Source: Corallochytrium limacisporum Hawaii
Taxonomy: Eukaryota > Protista > Pluriformea
Reading direction: 5' to 3'
DNA: 64,000 nucleotides
Assembly: GCA_002811645.1 (NCBI GenBank)
Contig: PDIP01000035.1
Span: forward strand, 186,001 to 250,000
Below are positions 33,917-46,372 of the stretch, one piece after another. A program made the translations under genes and the position numbers. Position 1 is the stretch's first letter. Each line of letters starts with the position of its first letter. The notes under the pieces were generated by a model. The model was not told the origin of the DNA. It saw nothing but the letters and a program-made list of their open reading frames with translations, and searched no databases.

Positions 33917-34753
33917 ATGACCGCAAACTTTTGGAACTCATCGCACTATAAACGCTGGCTTATCGACCGGTCGCAGCTGGAACTGGACAAGGCTAAACAC
34001 CATTCAAACCTCACGAAGGTAGAGCAGCTAAAGATCAATTTTCTGTTTGCAGATGTAGCACAGAATCTGAGTTTACGGCTAAGATTACACCAACAGGTTG
34101 TCGCAACGTCAATTGTATACTTCCGACGGTTCTATGCCGCAAATTCATATCAATGCATAAGCCCGTTGTTACTTTGCGTAACGAGTGTTTACTTGGCAGC
34201 AAAGGTAGAAGAGAGTGGGAGCATGAGCATGCGAACAGTGGTACAGCATGCAGCTTTGTTGGTCAAAAGCAACTATGCGGAAATCTTTGGTACGTTCCCA
34301 TACGATGTGAGCGAAATGGTAGAGTGTGAATTTTTCTTGCTTGAGGAGATGCAGTGTTTCCTAATTCTCTACCAACCTTATCGTGAGTTGGAGAGCTTCC
34401 TGCGGGACCTGGGACAGTACGAGGAGTTGTATGAAACTGCCTGGTACATTCTAAACGACAGCTTAAGAACGGATGTCTGGATTATCCACTATCCGTACAT
34501 CATTTGCCTGGCGTCCATATACCTCGCAACCATATTCAACATGGAGGATCAGATGCCGGAGAAGACTCTGAATTGGTTCGCAGACCTCAACGTTGATATG
34601 ACAGAGATTCTAGACGTCGTAAAGGATGTGCTGGACCTGTATGATGTCTGGAAAGAGAGCCCATTGAAGCGGAATATGCCGCAACTTATGCGCAAGATCC
34701 CTGCGCCGGTTGTTGAGCACCGAGACAACTTAGCACCGACCAAGAGGACCTAG
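33917..34753 (+). CDS. CCNC: Cyclin C (Mediator CDK8 module)
   Basis: MTANFWNSSHYKRW, QQVVATSIVYFRRFY, YLAAKVEE, ECEFFLLEEM, LNDSLRTD. Confidence 0.97.
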   Translation: MTANFWNSSHYKRWLIDRSQLELDKAKHHSNLTKVEQLKINFLFADVAQNLSLRLRLHQQVVATSIVYFRRFYAANSYQCISPLLLCVTSVYLAAKVEESGSMSMRTVVQHAALLVKSNYAEIFGTFPYDVSEMVECEFFLLEEMQCFLILYQPYRELESFLRDLGQYEELYETAWYILNDSLRTDVWIIHYPYIICLASIYLATIFNMEDQMPEKTLNWFADLNVDMTEILDVVKDVLDLYDVWKESPLKRNMPQLMRKIPAPVVEHRDNLAPTKRT

Positions 34754-34847
34754 AATATAAATAAATATTAAGAATGAAACAATGTGTATACACTAGAATG
34801 AACATTTTCATATGATGCAATGAAACGAAAGATGACACACGTTTCAC

Positions 34848-35201
34848 TTAGAAAACATGTACACATCCGTACAAGAAGGACCAGTAGAACACGTATGCCA
34901 GCAGGTTGTTCGGGTTGGTATCTAGCAAAACCATCTTGCCGTTGGAGAAGTACTTTTCCGCGTGGAATCCGATGCGCACAACTAACAATGCTGAGAAAAG
35001 TAGAGAAGTCACGATGTAAAAGATTAGTCCCGTCCAGGCCTGGAAACCTAAAATTCCAGCTGTAATGCCGCTCATGGCCACACAATAGGTGCGGCAATTG
35101 TTCAGACTCATGGTGTTGATGCGCTCAGACTGAGGGTCCTTTGTTTTGTGGTATGTCCTGAGTGGATCAGGTCCGCTTTTTGCTACAGATTGTGAGCTCA
35201 T
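34848..35201 (-). CDS. EMC6: ER membrane complex subunit 6
   Basis: CRTYCVAMSGITAGILGF...GLIFY...LLAYVFYWSFLYGCVHVF; ATG 35201 gives 117 aa. Confidence 0.93.
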   Translation of the reverse strand: MSSQSVAKSGPDPLRTYHKTKDPQSERINTMSLNNCRTYCVAMSGITAGILGFQAWTGLIFYIVTSLLFSALLVVRIGFHAEKYFSNGKMVLLDTNPNNLLAYVFYWSFLYGCVHVF

Positions 35202-35218
35202 TTTATCGGAATATGGAT

Positions 35219-35271
35219 CTGTATCAGTACTGTTCGAAAGAATAGTGAAACCCCGAGGTTTGTTTGGATAC
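35219..35271 (-). other. Predicted 53-nt 5'UTR intron of EMC6
   Basis: GTATCC...TACTGATACAG ending 17 nt before the ATG; ACTGAT branch-like word next to CAG. Confidence 0.5.
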
Positions 35272-36176
35272 TCTAGACTAACTTTCAGGGACCCGCAATA
35301 GTTGTTTTTCTTTATCACTCCAACTCTACAGACTTATGTGCGTTGGTGCACACATCAACTTCAGCACATCCAAATACCATTTCATTTGTACACTGCTCGA
35401 TACTCTCTGGTCTCTGAAAAGTCTTCAAAAGTCTATGATCGAATCAGTCCCAGATTCCAACTTGCTCGCAGTGTCCACTTGGCCCTGTGTTACTCCTTTG
35501 TCGACTCTTTGCCTACCGGCGGCCAAACAGCCACTGCACTGCCAACTCAATATCTCAGCGGCGAAACCTCGCCAAATTCTGGCCTGCGTCGCCTGGAACT
35601 GAACATAGCGGGGAGAGAACAACTTCCATATTGAATGTACTGGGAGAGGGCTACCGGGGGGAAGGCGGTGCCCATGTGAATGGCTGGGAGGGGCGCAGGA
35701 ACTAGGGAGCCAGATTCGCAACGCACCCGGGCTGCAAAGATGCGGAGGCACGCATTGTACTCGGCGGCTGTATGTGACACACAACCACACACACTGGCAC
35801 ACATCTACACCGAAAGAGCTGTTATGTCGTGGGCAGTGGGAATCTGCACACACATTGGAATTGACATATATCGATTGTCATACGCAACTTTTCCACTTAC
35901 TTTTGAATATTGTGATGAAGATATGACAGAGATGATGATGTTTGAGCGACGTACACATTGTGGTATTTGAGACATAGTCGGACGTGATTACAATGAAGTG
36001 CATTCATGTGGTAGAAGAAAATGAAGACACTTAAGTGGTTTTGTGAGAAGATTAAAGAATATCTGTCGATAGATAATTCTTTCAGAGAATATCTCTGAAA
36101 GATATACAACCTGTGATTTAGTACTCAAGGGATAAATCATTCGCATACACTGGATTCATAGCAGAGGCACAATACA

Positions 36177-36938
36177 ATGCCACGCAGGCACACGGGATCA
36201 GCAGCTGGAAGTCAAATGCCACCTGGAAGTCTCGGCGGACGTCAGGGAGCAGGTGCAGTCATGGCACCACCAACGGCTCTAGCAGGACCCAGGCCGACCG
36301 GATACGGCCTCGCTGGCTCTAGTGTCAGCAGTGCAGGAGGTCACGCTATGCAGGCCAAGAAACTACCGGTCCGCGCGGATGGAAAACACGAGCTACCGCA
36401 GAGCTGGACTTTCTCGTACACCCGGCGCAATAACAATGTTAAGGGACAAGACTACGAAAAGCACACAAAGTCGTTGGGATCTTTCGATACAGTCGAAGAC
36501 TTTTGGGCCCTGTACAGTCATCTGGTAAAACCAGATGATCTCACGCTAAACGACTATCAGCTCTTCCGCCAGGGAATAAAGCCCATGTGGGAAGATGAAG
36601 CCAACAAGAATGGTGGAAAGTGGGTCCTGCGTTTGCGCAAGGGTGTCGCGAGCCGTCTTTGGGAAATTCTGGTACTGGCCATGGTGGGTGGCAACATGCC
36701 GTCCGATATTTGTGGTGCGGTAATTAGCACTCGCCTTAACGAGGACATCCTTAGTGTTTGGACCGCAGATGCCAAGGACCAGGAATCCATTCAGCGGTGC
36801 CAAGTATTTCTTAAGGAGCAGCTACTGTTGCCCGTACACGTCGTGATGGAATACAAGGAGCATCAAGCGGCACCAACACCGAGGGCCTCCCGGGACAGCC
36901 TTGCAAACAAGGCACCATACATGCCGATTGCTAAATGA
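36177..36938 (+). CDS. EIF4E2: eIF4E class II (4EHP-like)
   Basis: HELPQSWTF, FDTVEDFWALYSHL, FRQGIKPMWEDEANKNGGKW, RLRKGVASRLWE; Tyr (QDYEK) at the first cap-stacking Trp position is typical of class II. Confidence 0.88.
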   Translation: MPRRHTGSAAGSQMPPGSLGGRQGAGAVMAPPTALAGPRPTGYGLAGSSVSSAGGHAMQAKKLPVRADGKHELPQSWTFSYTRRNNNVKGQDYEKHTKSLGSFDTVEDFWALYSHLVKPDDLTLNDYQLFRQGIKPMWEDEANKNGGKWVLRLRKGVASRLWEILVLAMVGGNMPSDICGAVISTRLNEDILSVWTADAKDQESIQRCQVFLKEQLLLPVHVVMEYKEHQAAPTPRASRDSLANKAPYMPIAK

Positions 36939-37091
36939 TTGAATCACCAGTTACGATTGCACAGCAACTATTGGTGACACATTCAAAACATTTTTCAACG
37001 TTTTCACGTGGACAAAAACGTTGCCAATGATATATTTCACATCTTATCATGCATCTAAGTTACGCGGTATCACATTGGAACTACTTGTGTG

Positions 37092-38348
37092 TTAGAGGCC
37101 TTTCTGTACATAATACTCTTCCGCAGGTGAAGCAATCCCCATCAGCTTTGCCACATAATAGAACGTAATCATGGCTGTGTTGATCATTTCAGTTTCATCC
37201 AGGGCATCACGGTTGTCACTGGGTTTGTGCCATACGTCCGGGAATGGATAGGCAATATGGTGCAGGATGGGCACTCCCCGGCGAAGGAATGGTATATGAT
37301 CATCACCAATCGAGCCTTTGATCCTGAACTTTGGCTCAACAAAGATGGATCCATTATCCGGATCCTCTCCCGCCAGGAGGTCATTGTCATCAAGGAAGTT
37401 TTCGATTTCATGATACAATTTGTGGTCGTCGTTGGTGTTTTGGAAGGCGTACGAGACTCTTTGTCCCTTCCAGCCCAAAAGATCAAAGAGGACCAGGAGC
37501 TTAATGTTCTTGAGGTAGCCCTCCTCCTCCCATTTCTGTGCAAGATATCGGGCCCCATAGATGCTATCCTTGTTGGTCCACCTTACGAAGGCCTCTTCGC
37601 CGTCAAAAAGCAATACTGTCAGGCGAATGTCCTCGTAATGCGGGCTGGACTTGAGGATTTCATACATGGCCTCCGCCATGTGCACCAACATGGCGACCGA
37701 ATAGGCGCTGTCTGTGGCACCCAAAAAGTCCGCGCTGGTCATATTCATGCTGTCCCAGTGTGCACTTAAAACATACTCCGGTCCCTTAGCATCTGGGTTC
37801 AAGCGTGCAATAATATTGGTGAAGTCCCGGTATTCACCGTTGGGAATCTCAGCTGTGAAATCGTGACGCTCGACCGCCCAACCGGAAGCGCTCAACTTCC
37901 GCAGCAAATAGTCACGAACCGTATCGTGTCCTGGAGTACCTGGAGTTCGAACTATCAGAATCTCGTCCAGGTGTTTGTTCAGTTCGTCCATAGAAACGAG
38001 TTCGTGCAACTGGACCACGTCCTCCGCAGGCACTTTGACTGTCCCGGTGGTTGAGGCGTCCTGATCGTAACTGTCGCCTTGAATTTTCTGATTTGTGGGA
38101 GAAGCACGGTGAATATTGATGTCTACAACTTCGGCTTCTTGATCCTCAGTAAATGCCAGTCCCTGGCCCATTCCAATCCACAAAAAAGCTATACTAGCCA
38201 CCAGCACGAGCCCCCAAACAATAATGGTCTGCCGCCACGACCCTGCCTTTGCATCTGCAGGGCTTCGAGTCCAGCTGGGGAGAAATCCAGCTGATTCATC
38301 GGAAGCCATGGCGGTAGGCGGTCGGAGCTTCGTCCGATGTCGAACCAT
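37092..38348 (-). CDS. QPCTL: Glutaminyl-peptide cyclotransferase, membrane-anchored (isoQC-like, M28 fold)
   Basis: RTPGTPGH, LSAHWDS, FLGATDSA, FDGEEAF, DSIYGARYLA, LFDLLG, DDHIPFLRRGVPILHHI...FPDVWH; N-terminal TM helix; start 38348 or 38309. Confidence 0.93.
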   Translation of the reverse strand: MVRHRTKLRPPTAMASDESAGFLPSWTRSPADAKAGSWRQTIIVWGLVLVASIAFLWIGMGQGLAFTEDQEAEVVDINIHRASPTNQKIQGDSYDQDASTTGTVKVPAEDVVQLHELVSMDELNKHLDEILIVRTPGTPGHDTVRDYLLRKLSASGWAVERHDFTAEIPNGEYRDFTNIIARLNPDAKGPEYVLSAHWDSMNMTSADFLGATDSAYSVAMLVHMAEAMYEILKSSPHYEDIRLTVLLFDGEEAFVRWTNKDSIYGARYLAQKWEEEGYLKNIKLLVLFDLLGWKGQRVSYAFQNTNDDHKLYHEIENFLDDNDLLAGEDPDNGSIFVEPKFRIKGSIGDDHIPFLRRGVPILHHIAYPFPDVWHKPSDNRDALDETEMINTAMITFYYVAKLMGIASPAEEYYVQKGL

Positions 38349-40240
38349 ATAACGAGTTGTCTGTAGGCCAGTGTCTCCGATCTGGCCTCACCCTTCGATG
38401 TCTCTATTGTTGAGGGTCATGCTAGACTTCGAGCATAGAGCAGATCTCGTGAACATAGCAATTTCCTTGGTCCTAGCCCTTACATGTACCTAATCCAGCT
38501 TCGACATTAGCCAACTCTTTTGCTCAACCCGCAAAAGCTCCCATGGCTCGATGCCGGGTGCGTCTCCCGCTACCAGGGTCAGGCGCCAAGGAACGGAAAC
38601 TCGGATCCTTTCGTCCAAGAAATCACGATTATAAACTGATACCCTATCAAATTATTGAAACGGATTTAAGTATTGATCAATTTACAACACCACACAATCG
38701 CTCGGAGTGTCTCAACCGGCGATGAAGGGGGGGGGGAGGGGTCTCTTTCCTTTTCGTCATCTTCCTCATAAGTCACGAACTGGTGTGGTTCTACTTCCAC
38801 TGGTTCAGCAATAGTAACAAACGCTAATTCATTCTGGTCGTCCCTTGTTTGGCACCAGTAGCATGCCGCGAATCAAACGACAATTAAATTTCCGCACGAC
38901 TTCAAGAAACCTCCCCCAGCCTACTAACAGCAGCAACCGAAAGTGGCGGACCGGGCTTTCGGCAGAACTGAGATACTCAAGGCCGGACCGTCTGCGCAAC
39001 ACAGGGGAGGAACTTTTTGGCTGCCTGAGACATTTTGCCTGATGTCTGCGATACCAATTCGTTACAATGTGGTACATTTTGTATTGACATTCCTGAACAT
39101 TGTTGTCGAACGGTGTTTCACGTGTGACTTTCCTTGTTGTTCCTTCTGTTTTCCCACTCGCGGCAGCTGTCGAGGCCTTCTCAGACCTCTCATTTTTGGG
39201 GGGGGGGGCCGGCGGGTTGGTTACAGTGGGCCGTTTTCTGCAGCGGCCGCTTTGAAGAATCACCGAAGCTGGGCGAGCCGCCGCATTTCGCATGCTCCTG
39301 TTGCTGTGGTGTATATGTGTGATGAGGTCTGTGCACGGTGGAATCAGAGCGCAGAGATCATACGGGCCTCATACACTCAGAAACATTAAGGGGATTTCAA
39401 CCGATTTAAGCTCTTCGCTATATGGAACCTGGGCCCCGTGACGATAGAAGAAAAAAAGTACAGCAGCCAAGCCGTACCCAAAGGCAAAGGCAAGGGAATG
39501 ACACTGATCCACCAGGTGGTTGAAGGAGATGGTGTTGTTGAGAACCCGCCCGCAGTAGATAAGTATGCCATCGGCAGAAAGGCCACCATACATTAATCTA
39601 ATAGTATGGCGGAGATCGCTCTCGCCCCATTGTTTACCATAAAGCATCTGAGCACACATGGCTGACTAGTCTGGGTGCCTATTGTTTGGGGATTCCCGAG
39701 GACTCTTTTGTCCGAGGCCGGGAGAGACGTACGGAACTGTGCACCAATTCAGCTCGGCTGTTGTTGTCTGTTTTTGCATTTGGTTCTTGTGGACCTTATC
39801 TGTCCGATGCCCATGCACAAAGTGACTACCATTGGTTGCTTCTTTGGGACCCCCACGAGAGGGATGTGAAAGACTAGGTGTGGGGTGTCACAATTGGATG
39901 GTGGTGCGTTTGGAAGGAGCCTTAGACATCAAACGCTCGCCAAAACTATAGGGCAGGTGATATCGGAACGCCGAGCACTATTCACTCATAACCTTGTCAG
40001 TGAGGCATCTGTGGTAAGTTTGCCACTTCATACTCTTTCTTATTCGACAACGTTTCTTGTCGCTGTGGGTTTTGAAGACAGAGTGACACGGAACTTGCGG
40101 TAGAGTCGCCATGACCGCCCTCAGCACCCTTGGTACAAAAGTGGAAAATCTTCAACCCCTTGAACGAAAAACGCGGACTCATATATCCGTATCGGAGTAA
40201 CTTGTCATTCCTACAGGAAAACAATATCAAATTCAGAACC

Positions 40241-41317
40241 ATGGCCCTCAGCGCTGAATTAAAGCAGGAGCTCGCTTCCATTGCCAAGCAGGTAGCTGCC
40301 CGCGGAAAGGGTATCCTTGCTGCTGATGAGTCCACTGGTACCATCGGTAAACGCTTCGCCGGCATCAATGTCGAAAACAACGAGCCCAACCGCCGCAACT
40401 ACCGTCAGTTATTGTTCACCAGCGACCTCGGCAACTTTATCTCTGGTGTCATCATGTTCGAAGAGACTCTTTATCAGAAGACCGACGACGGCGTTCTGTT
40501 TCCCGAGCTCCTTAAGAAGAAGGGCGTGCTCACTGGTATCAAGGTCGACAAGGGTGTCGTGATCCTGCCAGGTACCTCCGACGAGACCACCACCCAGGGT
40601 CTGGATAACTTGGACCAGCGCTGCGCCCAGTACAAGAAGGACGGTGCTGACTTCGCCAAGTGGCGGTCCGTGCTGAAGATTGACGTCAAGAATGGTTGTC
40701 CCTCTGAGCTTGCCGTCTATGAGAACGCCAAGGTCTTGGCCCGCTACGCGTCCATCTGTCAGAAGAATGGTCTTGTTCCCATTGTCGAACCCGAGATTCT
40801 CATGGATGGTGATCACGACCTCGAAATTGCTGTGAAGGTTGCCAGCCGGGTCTTGGCTGCCACCTACAAGGCTCTCCATGACCACCATGTCTATCTGGAG
40901 GGTACTCTGCTGAAGCCCAACATGGTCTGCCCTGGTCAGGACTGCAAGACCAAATACAGCCCGGATGATATTGCCATGGCCACCATCACGGTTCTTCAGC
41001 GGACTGTTCCGGTGGCCGTGCCTGGTATCATGTTCCTTTCTGGCGGTCAGTCAGAGGAGGAGGCTACCGTTCACCTCAACGCAATGAACAACAAGGAAGG
41101 TGTCTGCACTCCTTGGTCACTGTCCTTCAGCTACGGCCGTGCCCTTCAGGCTTCCTGCTTGAAGGCCTGGGTCGGAAAGTCCGAGAACGTTGCAGCTGCC
41201 AAGGAAGTCTTCTTGGCTCGTGCACGTGCCAACGGGGAAGCTCAGCTCGGTAAGTACAGCGGTAGCGCTGCCGGCCAGAGCTCCGGTTCTCTGTTCGAGG
41301 CTAACTACAAGTACTGA
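40241..41317 (+). CDS. ALDO: Class I fructose-bisphosphate aldolase
   Basis: [56 protein letters not shown], terminal Tyr; gaaccATG context. Confidence 0.99.
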   Translation: MALSAELKQELASIAKQVAARGKGILAADESTGTIGKRFAGINVENNEPNRRNYRQLLFTSDLGNFISGVIMFEETLYQKTDDGVLFPELLKKKGVLTGIKVDKGVVILPGTSDETTTQGLDNLDQRCAQYKKDGADFAKWRSVLKIDVKNGCPSELAVYENAKVLARYASICQKNGLVPIVEPEILMDGDHDLEIAVKVASRVLAATYKALHDHHVYLEGTLLKPNMVCPGQDCKTKYSPDDIAMATITVLQRTVPVAVPGIMFLSGGQSEEEATVHLNAMNNKEGVCTPWSLSFSYGRALQASCLKAWVGKSENVAAAKEVFLARARANGEAQLGKYSGSAAGQSSGSLFEANYKY

Positions 41318-41869
41318 ATTGTCCAATTTGGTGCCTTGACGCAAGTCTCATATGGGAGAAATGGGGAGATGGAATGAGTTGTAATGTCTGCATGATCCAT
41401 CGGGCGAGTTCGACCAGGGGTCTGATCAATACTCCCTGGCCTTGTCTGTCTTCTCTGACAGTGTCCGGTAACGTGTTCTGCACGTATCCTTGTTTATTGG
41501 TCTATGATAATTCTTTATTAAACCCCGCGTTGTCAGTAAAGCACAACGTATCCATGGAGCAATGTTCGTTAGAAAGCGGCCTGACATCGGTGACAATAGC
41601 AATCGGGTCGTTATCAAACTAGTTTAGAAAGACGACACCTTAAGTGTGGATTCACGAAGGAAGAGTTTTGTAATGCATGATGGATGACTTGGTGGCTTTT
41701 CTGGTTTACAGATGGCAATGTGTATGTTGAAACACCCGTATATGAATCTTCACCGGCCGGACCTGTATGCTCGCGCCAAACGACATGAACACAGAACAAT
41801 GTGTGTTGGGTTGCGCTGTGAGTCGCCTCGGCAAGTGACTGGCAGCGGCCGATTGATCTTCCAAGTTAC

Positions 41870-42472
41870 TTAGACGTACTCAGCCTTGTCGGAGCGCATG
41901 CAGGTCGCGATCAGGTTAGCAATGCCGCCGACGATGAAGAGGCATGCGCCAGCCAGCAAGAGACCACCCGCCCAGTCCCAACCAAATGAGTCCTGGATAA
42001 CATCATTGTAGAAATCGACTGTAAGAGCAATGGTGATGACGCACGCAATAACACCCAGGACACCGATAACGGAAGTGGCAATGACCAGAGCTTTCTTAGG
42101 GCAGCAGCAAGCAATGAGAATGAAGATCCAGGCCAACAAAACGAAAAAGAGGGTGACAATGTACCAACCGCGCGCAGCGTTGTACTTGTCACAATCGCTG
42201 TCCGCGAAAAGATTCACTCCGTCAAATTGACCTAAGTTGGTATCTATAGTTAAGTCGCAATCGTTGTTGACCTCGGAGCAGCTCAAATCACCATCGTCGT
42301 CGACGCATGCGTAATAGTAGGATAGGGTAAATTCGTTGCTTCCAAGATTGAAAACAGAGATATCGTTGGTCCAGATCTTGGGAGAGAAACCACCAATGAG
42401 CAGGAATATCAGACCGAGAGAGTACAGAACCGCAACAAAGGAGACAAAGCCACGGCTGCGATCAACTGACAT
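41870..42472 (-). CDS. Claudin/PMP22-superfamily four-TM protein
   Basis: Four hydrophobic helices; first loop W...SYYYAC-x8-C; AAR before TM2; FGWDW before TM4; C-terminus EYV. Confidence 0.75.
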   Translation of the reverse strand: MSVDRSRGFVSFVAVLYSLGLIFLLIGGFSPKIWTNDISVFNLGSNEFTLSYYYACVDDDGDLSCSEVNNDCDLTIDTNLGQFDGVNLFADSDCDKYNAARGWYIVTLFFVLLAWIFILIACCCPKKALVIATSVIGVLGVIACVITIALTVDFYNDVIQDSFGWDWAGGLLLAGACLFIVGGIANLIATCMRSDKAEYV

Positions 42473-42484
42473 GGTTGCTAGTGT

Positions 42485-42526
42485 GTTGGATGTTCTTGAT
42501 TATGGGTTGGATGTTTTTGATTATGG
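42485..42526. repeat. 21-bp tandem duplication in the claudin-like 5' leader
   Basis: gttggatgttcttgattatgg / gttggatgtttttgattatgg. Confidence 0.95.
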
Positions 42527-43799
42527 GTCTCAATTCCCAGTACCTTAATGACTGTACTCAACAAACATGGAGCTCTTACGCGTAGGCCTTCTCTTATACC
42601 AGAGGCTGATCTCACAGGCTGCCTACCAGGACGATATGTTTGCGTCCCCGGAGGTTCTCATGCAGCAGAGCTCCCAACGCGAACTCCAGTCCCCTTCGTT
42701 CTTTTGCGGTGTCTGTTCCCTCTGAAGTGTTTCTTGTCCGTGGCAGCCAGCTTGTGAACAGCAATACCCAAACCATCGGGTCTCGCTCCGCGATCCCCGA
42801 TAGCCGCACCGTTGCCCGCTGCACCTTCCCGGTGACATCCATATTGTTCCACCCGCTGTTTGCAAGCGCCGAGCCGGCCCTGTCACACTCCAAAATTTCA
42901 AATCCTGCGGAATACATAATGGGAGAACGACAGGTGGGCGTTAATCGTTCTCTGAATCTTCTTTATTGTGTCTCCCTTGTCACTCCGAATCAACGACGAC
43001 CAAGTTTAGGAGACTTCTAAATACAGTACCCACTTCTTCGCAATATTTCTTTTCATTAGTAGACGTGTACCAAAATTTATGTCCCATCAACAGGTGCGAG
43101 TGCTCACGCATTGCACGGAATTGTTTTGGAAGGTCTTGTGGTATTGCACGATATCTCGGTTGTTGACTTGCGCCGGTGTTTATGTAAACCAATGGGCGGG
43201 TCACACCAGTACACGTTGTACACTCTTGGGCGGAAGTTTTTTTTTTTTGTGTTCTTTTTCATGCCCCCCGCCGTGATATTAAACGGGCGAAACATAGGAG
43301 TACTATGAAAGACCGACAACGTTTCAAAAAACCCATGCCAACGATCGGGGTTTGCACAGTCCTATCCCCAGTGCCGTTCAAGAAGTCATACGCTCTCCCT
43401 AGAAAAGTGCCCGCCGCAACAAGCAAACCGGGGCAGTCGTTTGTCTGAAACGAACGGAGGATCGATAGCGTAGCAACCTCTTGATGGTCCTTGGCTGCCG
43501 TTTGATCCACCACTCGGTACAATTCGTATGGGGAGGAGGAAGGGTGGGAACCGGGGCGATGAAAAAAGAATTTTCCTTAGAGAGTAGATGACTACTATCG
43601 GGCAGATAGCGCCGAGGGTTGCAAAAGTCAACGAAATACGGACATCGGCAGCAGAAAAAGATAAACTTCTACAAGCAGTCCTCCAAGCCCCGGGCCCGTA
43701 AGGCTCCTTGAATTTAATTCCCACTGTCTGCGTGGCTCCTGCTCACACCTTGCTGTGTCACTGAGTGATGCCTGTGACTCTCCTTAACGCAGATCCTTC

Positions 43800-46372
43800 G
43801 TGACCCCTGAATTCTGCAATAGATTCATGCTGCATGGCAGGACTGGGATGAAGACATGATGTCCAAGATGAGTGTCGCAATAGGCCGGCGCATCCTTACG
43901 GACCCTTACTATGCAAATGATCAGGAATCCCCTGTGACGAATAAAATGTGCTATATAGGTCTTGGCGAATTTAGTACACAGTATATTCGTTATAGAGAGT
44001 ACATGATCAGCAGCATGCAAGGTCAGAGATTGCCGTAGAAGAAACGAAAGCCAGGAAGAGCGCACATTACGATGGGTGACGGCCGCTCCCTGACTTACGT
44101 CGCATCCAACAATAGACGCATACTTGTGGTCATAGATTCAGTACTTTATCTAAGAAGAACGTACCCGTCAGGATTTCAGTTTGCCGTGCTATATCATTCT
44201 GGTAAAACATCCCAGTTAAGGAGGTCCTCGAACAGAACTTCAAAACTTCCGCAATCGACCAGTTTGTGGGTTTAGACGTTTCGAACCCTATACATCTGCA
44301 TTGGTCACTGGACATCAAAGAATTAAACTGGATTGCGCCACCTCCCCCACTTGTCCCTATCACCTTCAGTGGATGACGTTTTAAGCTGTACCTAGCGAAA
44401 TATGCCATATGTCCACCATAGAATAGTTAATATCTAGTCAGTGCTTGTCATCCCGGCTAAAAAGCCAGATGAGCGCATTACCGAATGTAGCAAGTCTTAA
44501 CAGTTTTAAACTGGTGTGATGACCTGGGTACACGATGGTTGCTGATGAAAACATCGTCTTGTTGGTGTTGCTATTGGACATTGCACTAAGTCTCCGCACC
44601 ATACGTGCCTAAACTCACATCAGTAAGTGGCAGAACAGAAATCCAGATCCATACCGAAAGGACGGAAGTCAGAGGATTATGATGTTCAGTGGGCACATGA
44701 GAGCAGTCGTGCGTACAAAGGACTTCATCACTTTATGGTTTGTGGGATCACATCCTCGCAAAGTGACACAGTTCAGCGATAGTCAGTCATAGATCTTGAT
44801 ACAGCATGTTTCGTAGATGTCTGTGTACACCAACAGAACCACGGATGCACATATGACATGTTGACCATCAGGTTGAGGCGAGCAATTGTCCCCCACTATC
44901 GGGCATTAGCGGACAACGAGATGATTCAAATTTATGACCCTCCGAACGATGCGCACAGTCCTATCTCGCAGCAAGATTATCGTTGCTGCCGGCATCTCCC
45001 AGGTGTACAAGAATTTCATCAGCACAAACACCACATTCTTTAGTAGAATAAAACCATTCAGTTCGCTCTCTTGTGGTAACAGTTCACCGGGTTTCCAGTG
45101 CGGTTCTTGGAAAAACTTTCAAATTGCAGTGGACACGGCCAATACCACCTACGCGCGCGATTTAGATGTAGGAGCTAGGTGACCCTACACAGAAATGAGG
45201 GGAATAAACTCGCTGCACCAAATAGCCATCGTGTTGATTTCATCAACCGTCACTGCCCATCGCTCGCGGGAGCACGCCTGCCCTTAGACACTATATTCAA
45301 TAGTCCAGTGATGGGCAACAACGGAGAATGTGAAAGTCCACCGCTGGCATTCAAGTGGTAGAACAACATGTAGCTTTGGCTGAGATGAGCTAACACCTAC
45401 TGAGTTTGGGCAACGACGAAGTTGCAAGGGGGTGTTATCGGGGAATTGGGCGAGCGATACTGAGGCCATCGGACGAGAGGATAAAAAATTCTCTTCGCCT
45501 TTTTATTGTTTGTTCATTTTATGAAGAGCATGTCCGACAAAGTCATGCCCCTCGTTCTTCGTCCCCTTCCTGTGGTCCCCTTGGCCCCGCCATAAATTTA
45601 GTATAGAAGTTCTGCTACCCTTACCATAACCCGGTGTTTTATCATCTTTGTTACAGATGAATCTTAAGGTTTTTTCTTCACCGTCAAACAAAGGCACACA
45701 TTACATTGTGCACATCTCGGGGTCTTTTGATTCTATACTCACAGTGTACTGTTCAGCTCACCTCCCACGAAAATGTCTGAGTATGGCAAGTGATACTTCG
45801 GAGTGGAAGAAGGGTGTGAAATATTGGGAGTTGCCTACCCGGCTGAGGAATGAGTGGTGGGCCAAAGTCAACGGCAGAGTGCACCATAGAAGCGCTGCGA
45901 TGGATCTCTCCCCCACCACATCGTCGACAGCTTCAATTTGTGGGCAACGAGCCTGTTGTGGTGGTTCAAAGTCAAACGATACGGTGAGGGTATCGGGGCC
46001 GCAGCCAGCACACGCAGATGGCTGGCGGTCCCTTGCATTAGTAGGTGTCGGCTGTTAAGATTTATGCTTCTGGGTTCCTAGGGCCCTGCGCGATGGTCAA
46101 TTGTTGTGGGCGTGTGGTGGTCCGGTGCCGGTCACCGTGTGCAGTGTTTCTGCAGCTATTGGTGCCCGCGAGCACAGAGAAACATAACCAAATTGGGACT
46201 CAGAGCGCAAGAACTCGCCTCCCTGGGCGGGGGCGGATGTAAGGCGGATTCCGCATCGGTGCAGGAAATCAGGGAGAGATTGTACGATGGTTTTGTTGCC
46301 ACTGGATTCTATGGTATGTTGACTTTTCGCAAGTTGAAGCTCTGGGGGACGAACGCGGTGGCCGCAGTGTGA
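43800..46372 (+). pseudogene. Eroded coding-like relic(s), family unassigned
   Basis: One frame runs from about 43825 to 44275 through a TAG at 44036; a shifted frame gives NIPVKEVLEQNFKTSAIDQFVGLDVSNPIHLHWSLDIKELNW; further protein-like fragments to 46372. Confidence 0.3.

Noticed and set aside
40130-40240. N-terminal extensions in the ORF track (aldolase, EMC6, CEP95, ricin-Kazal, ALYREF, TALE)
   Set aside because: They start at TTG/GTG; homology, signal peptides and ATG context favour the downstream ATGs.
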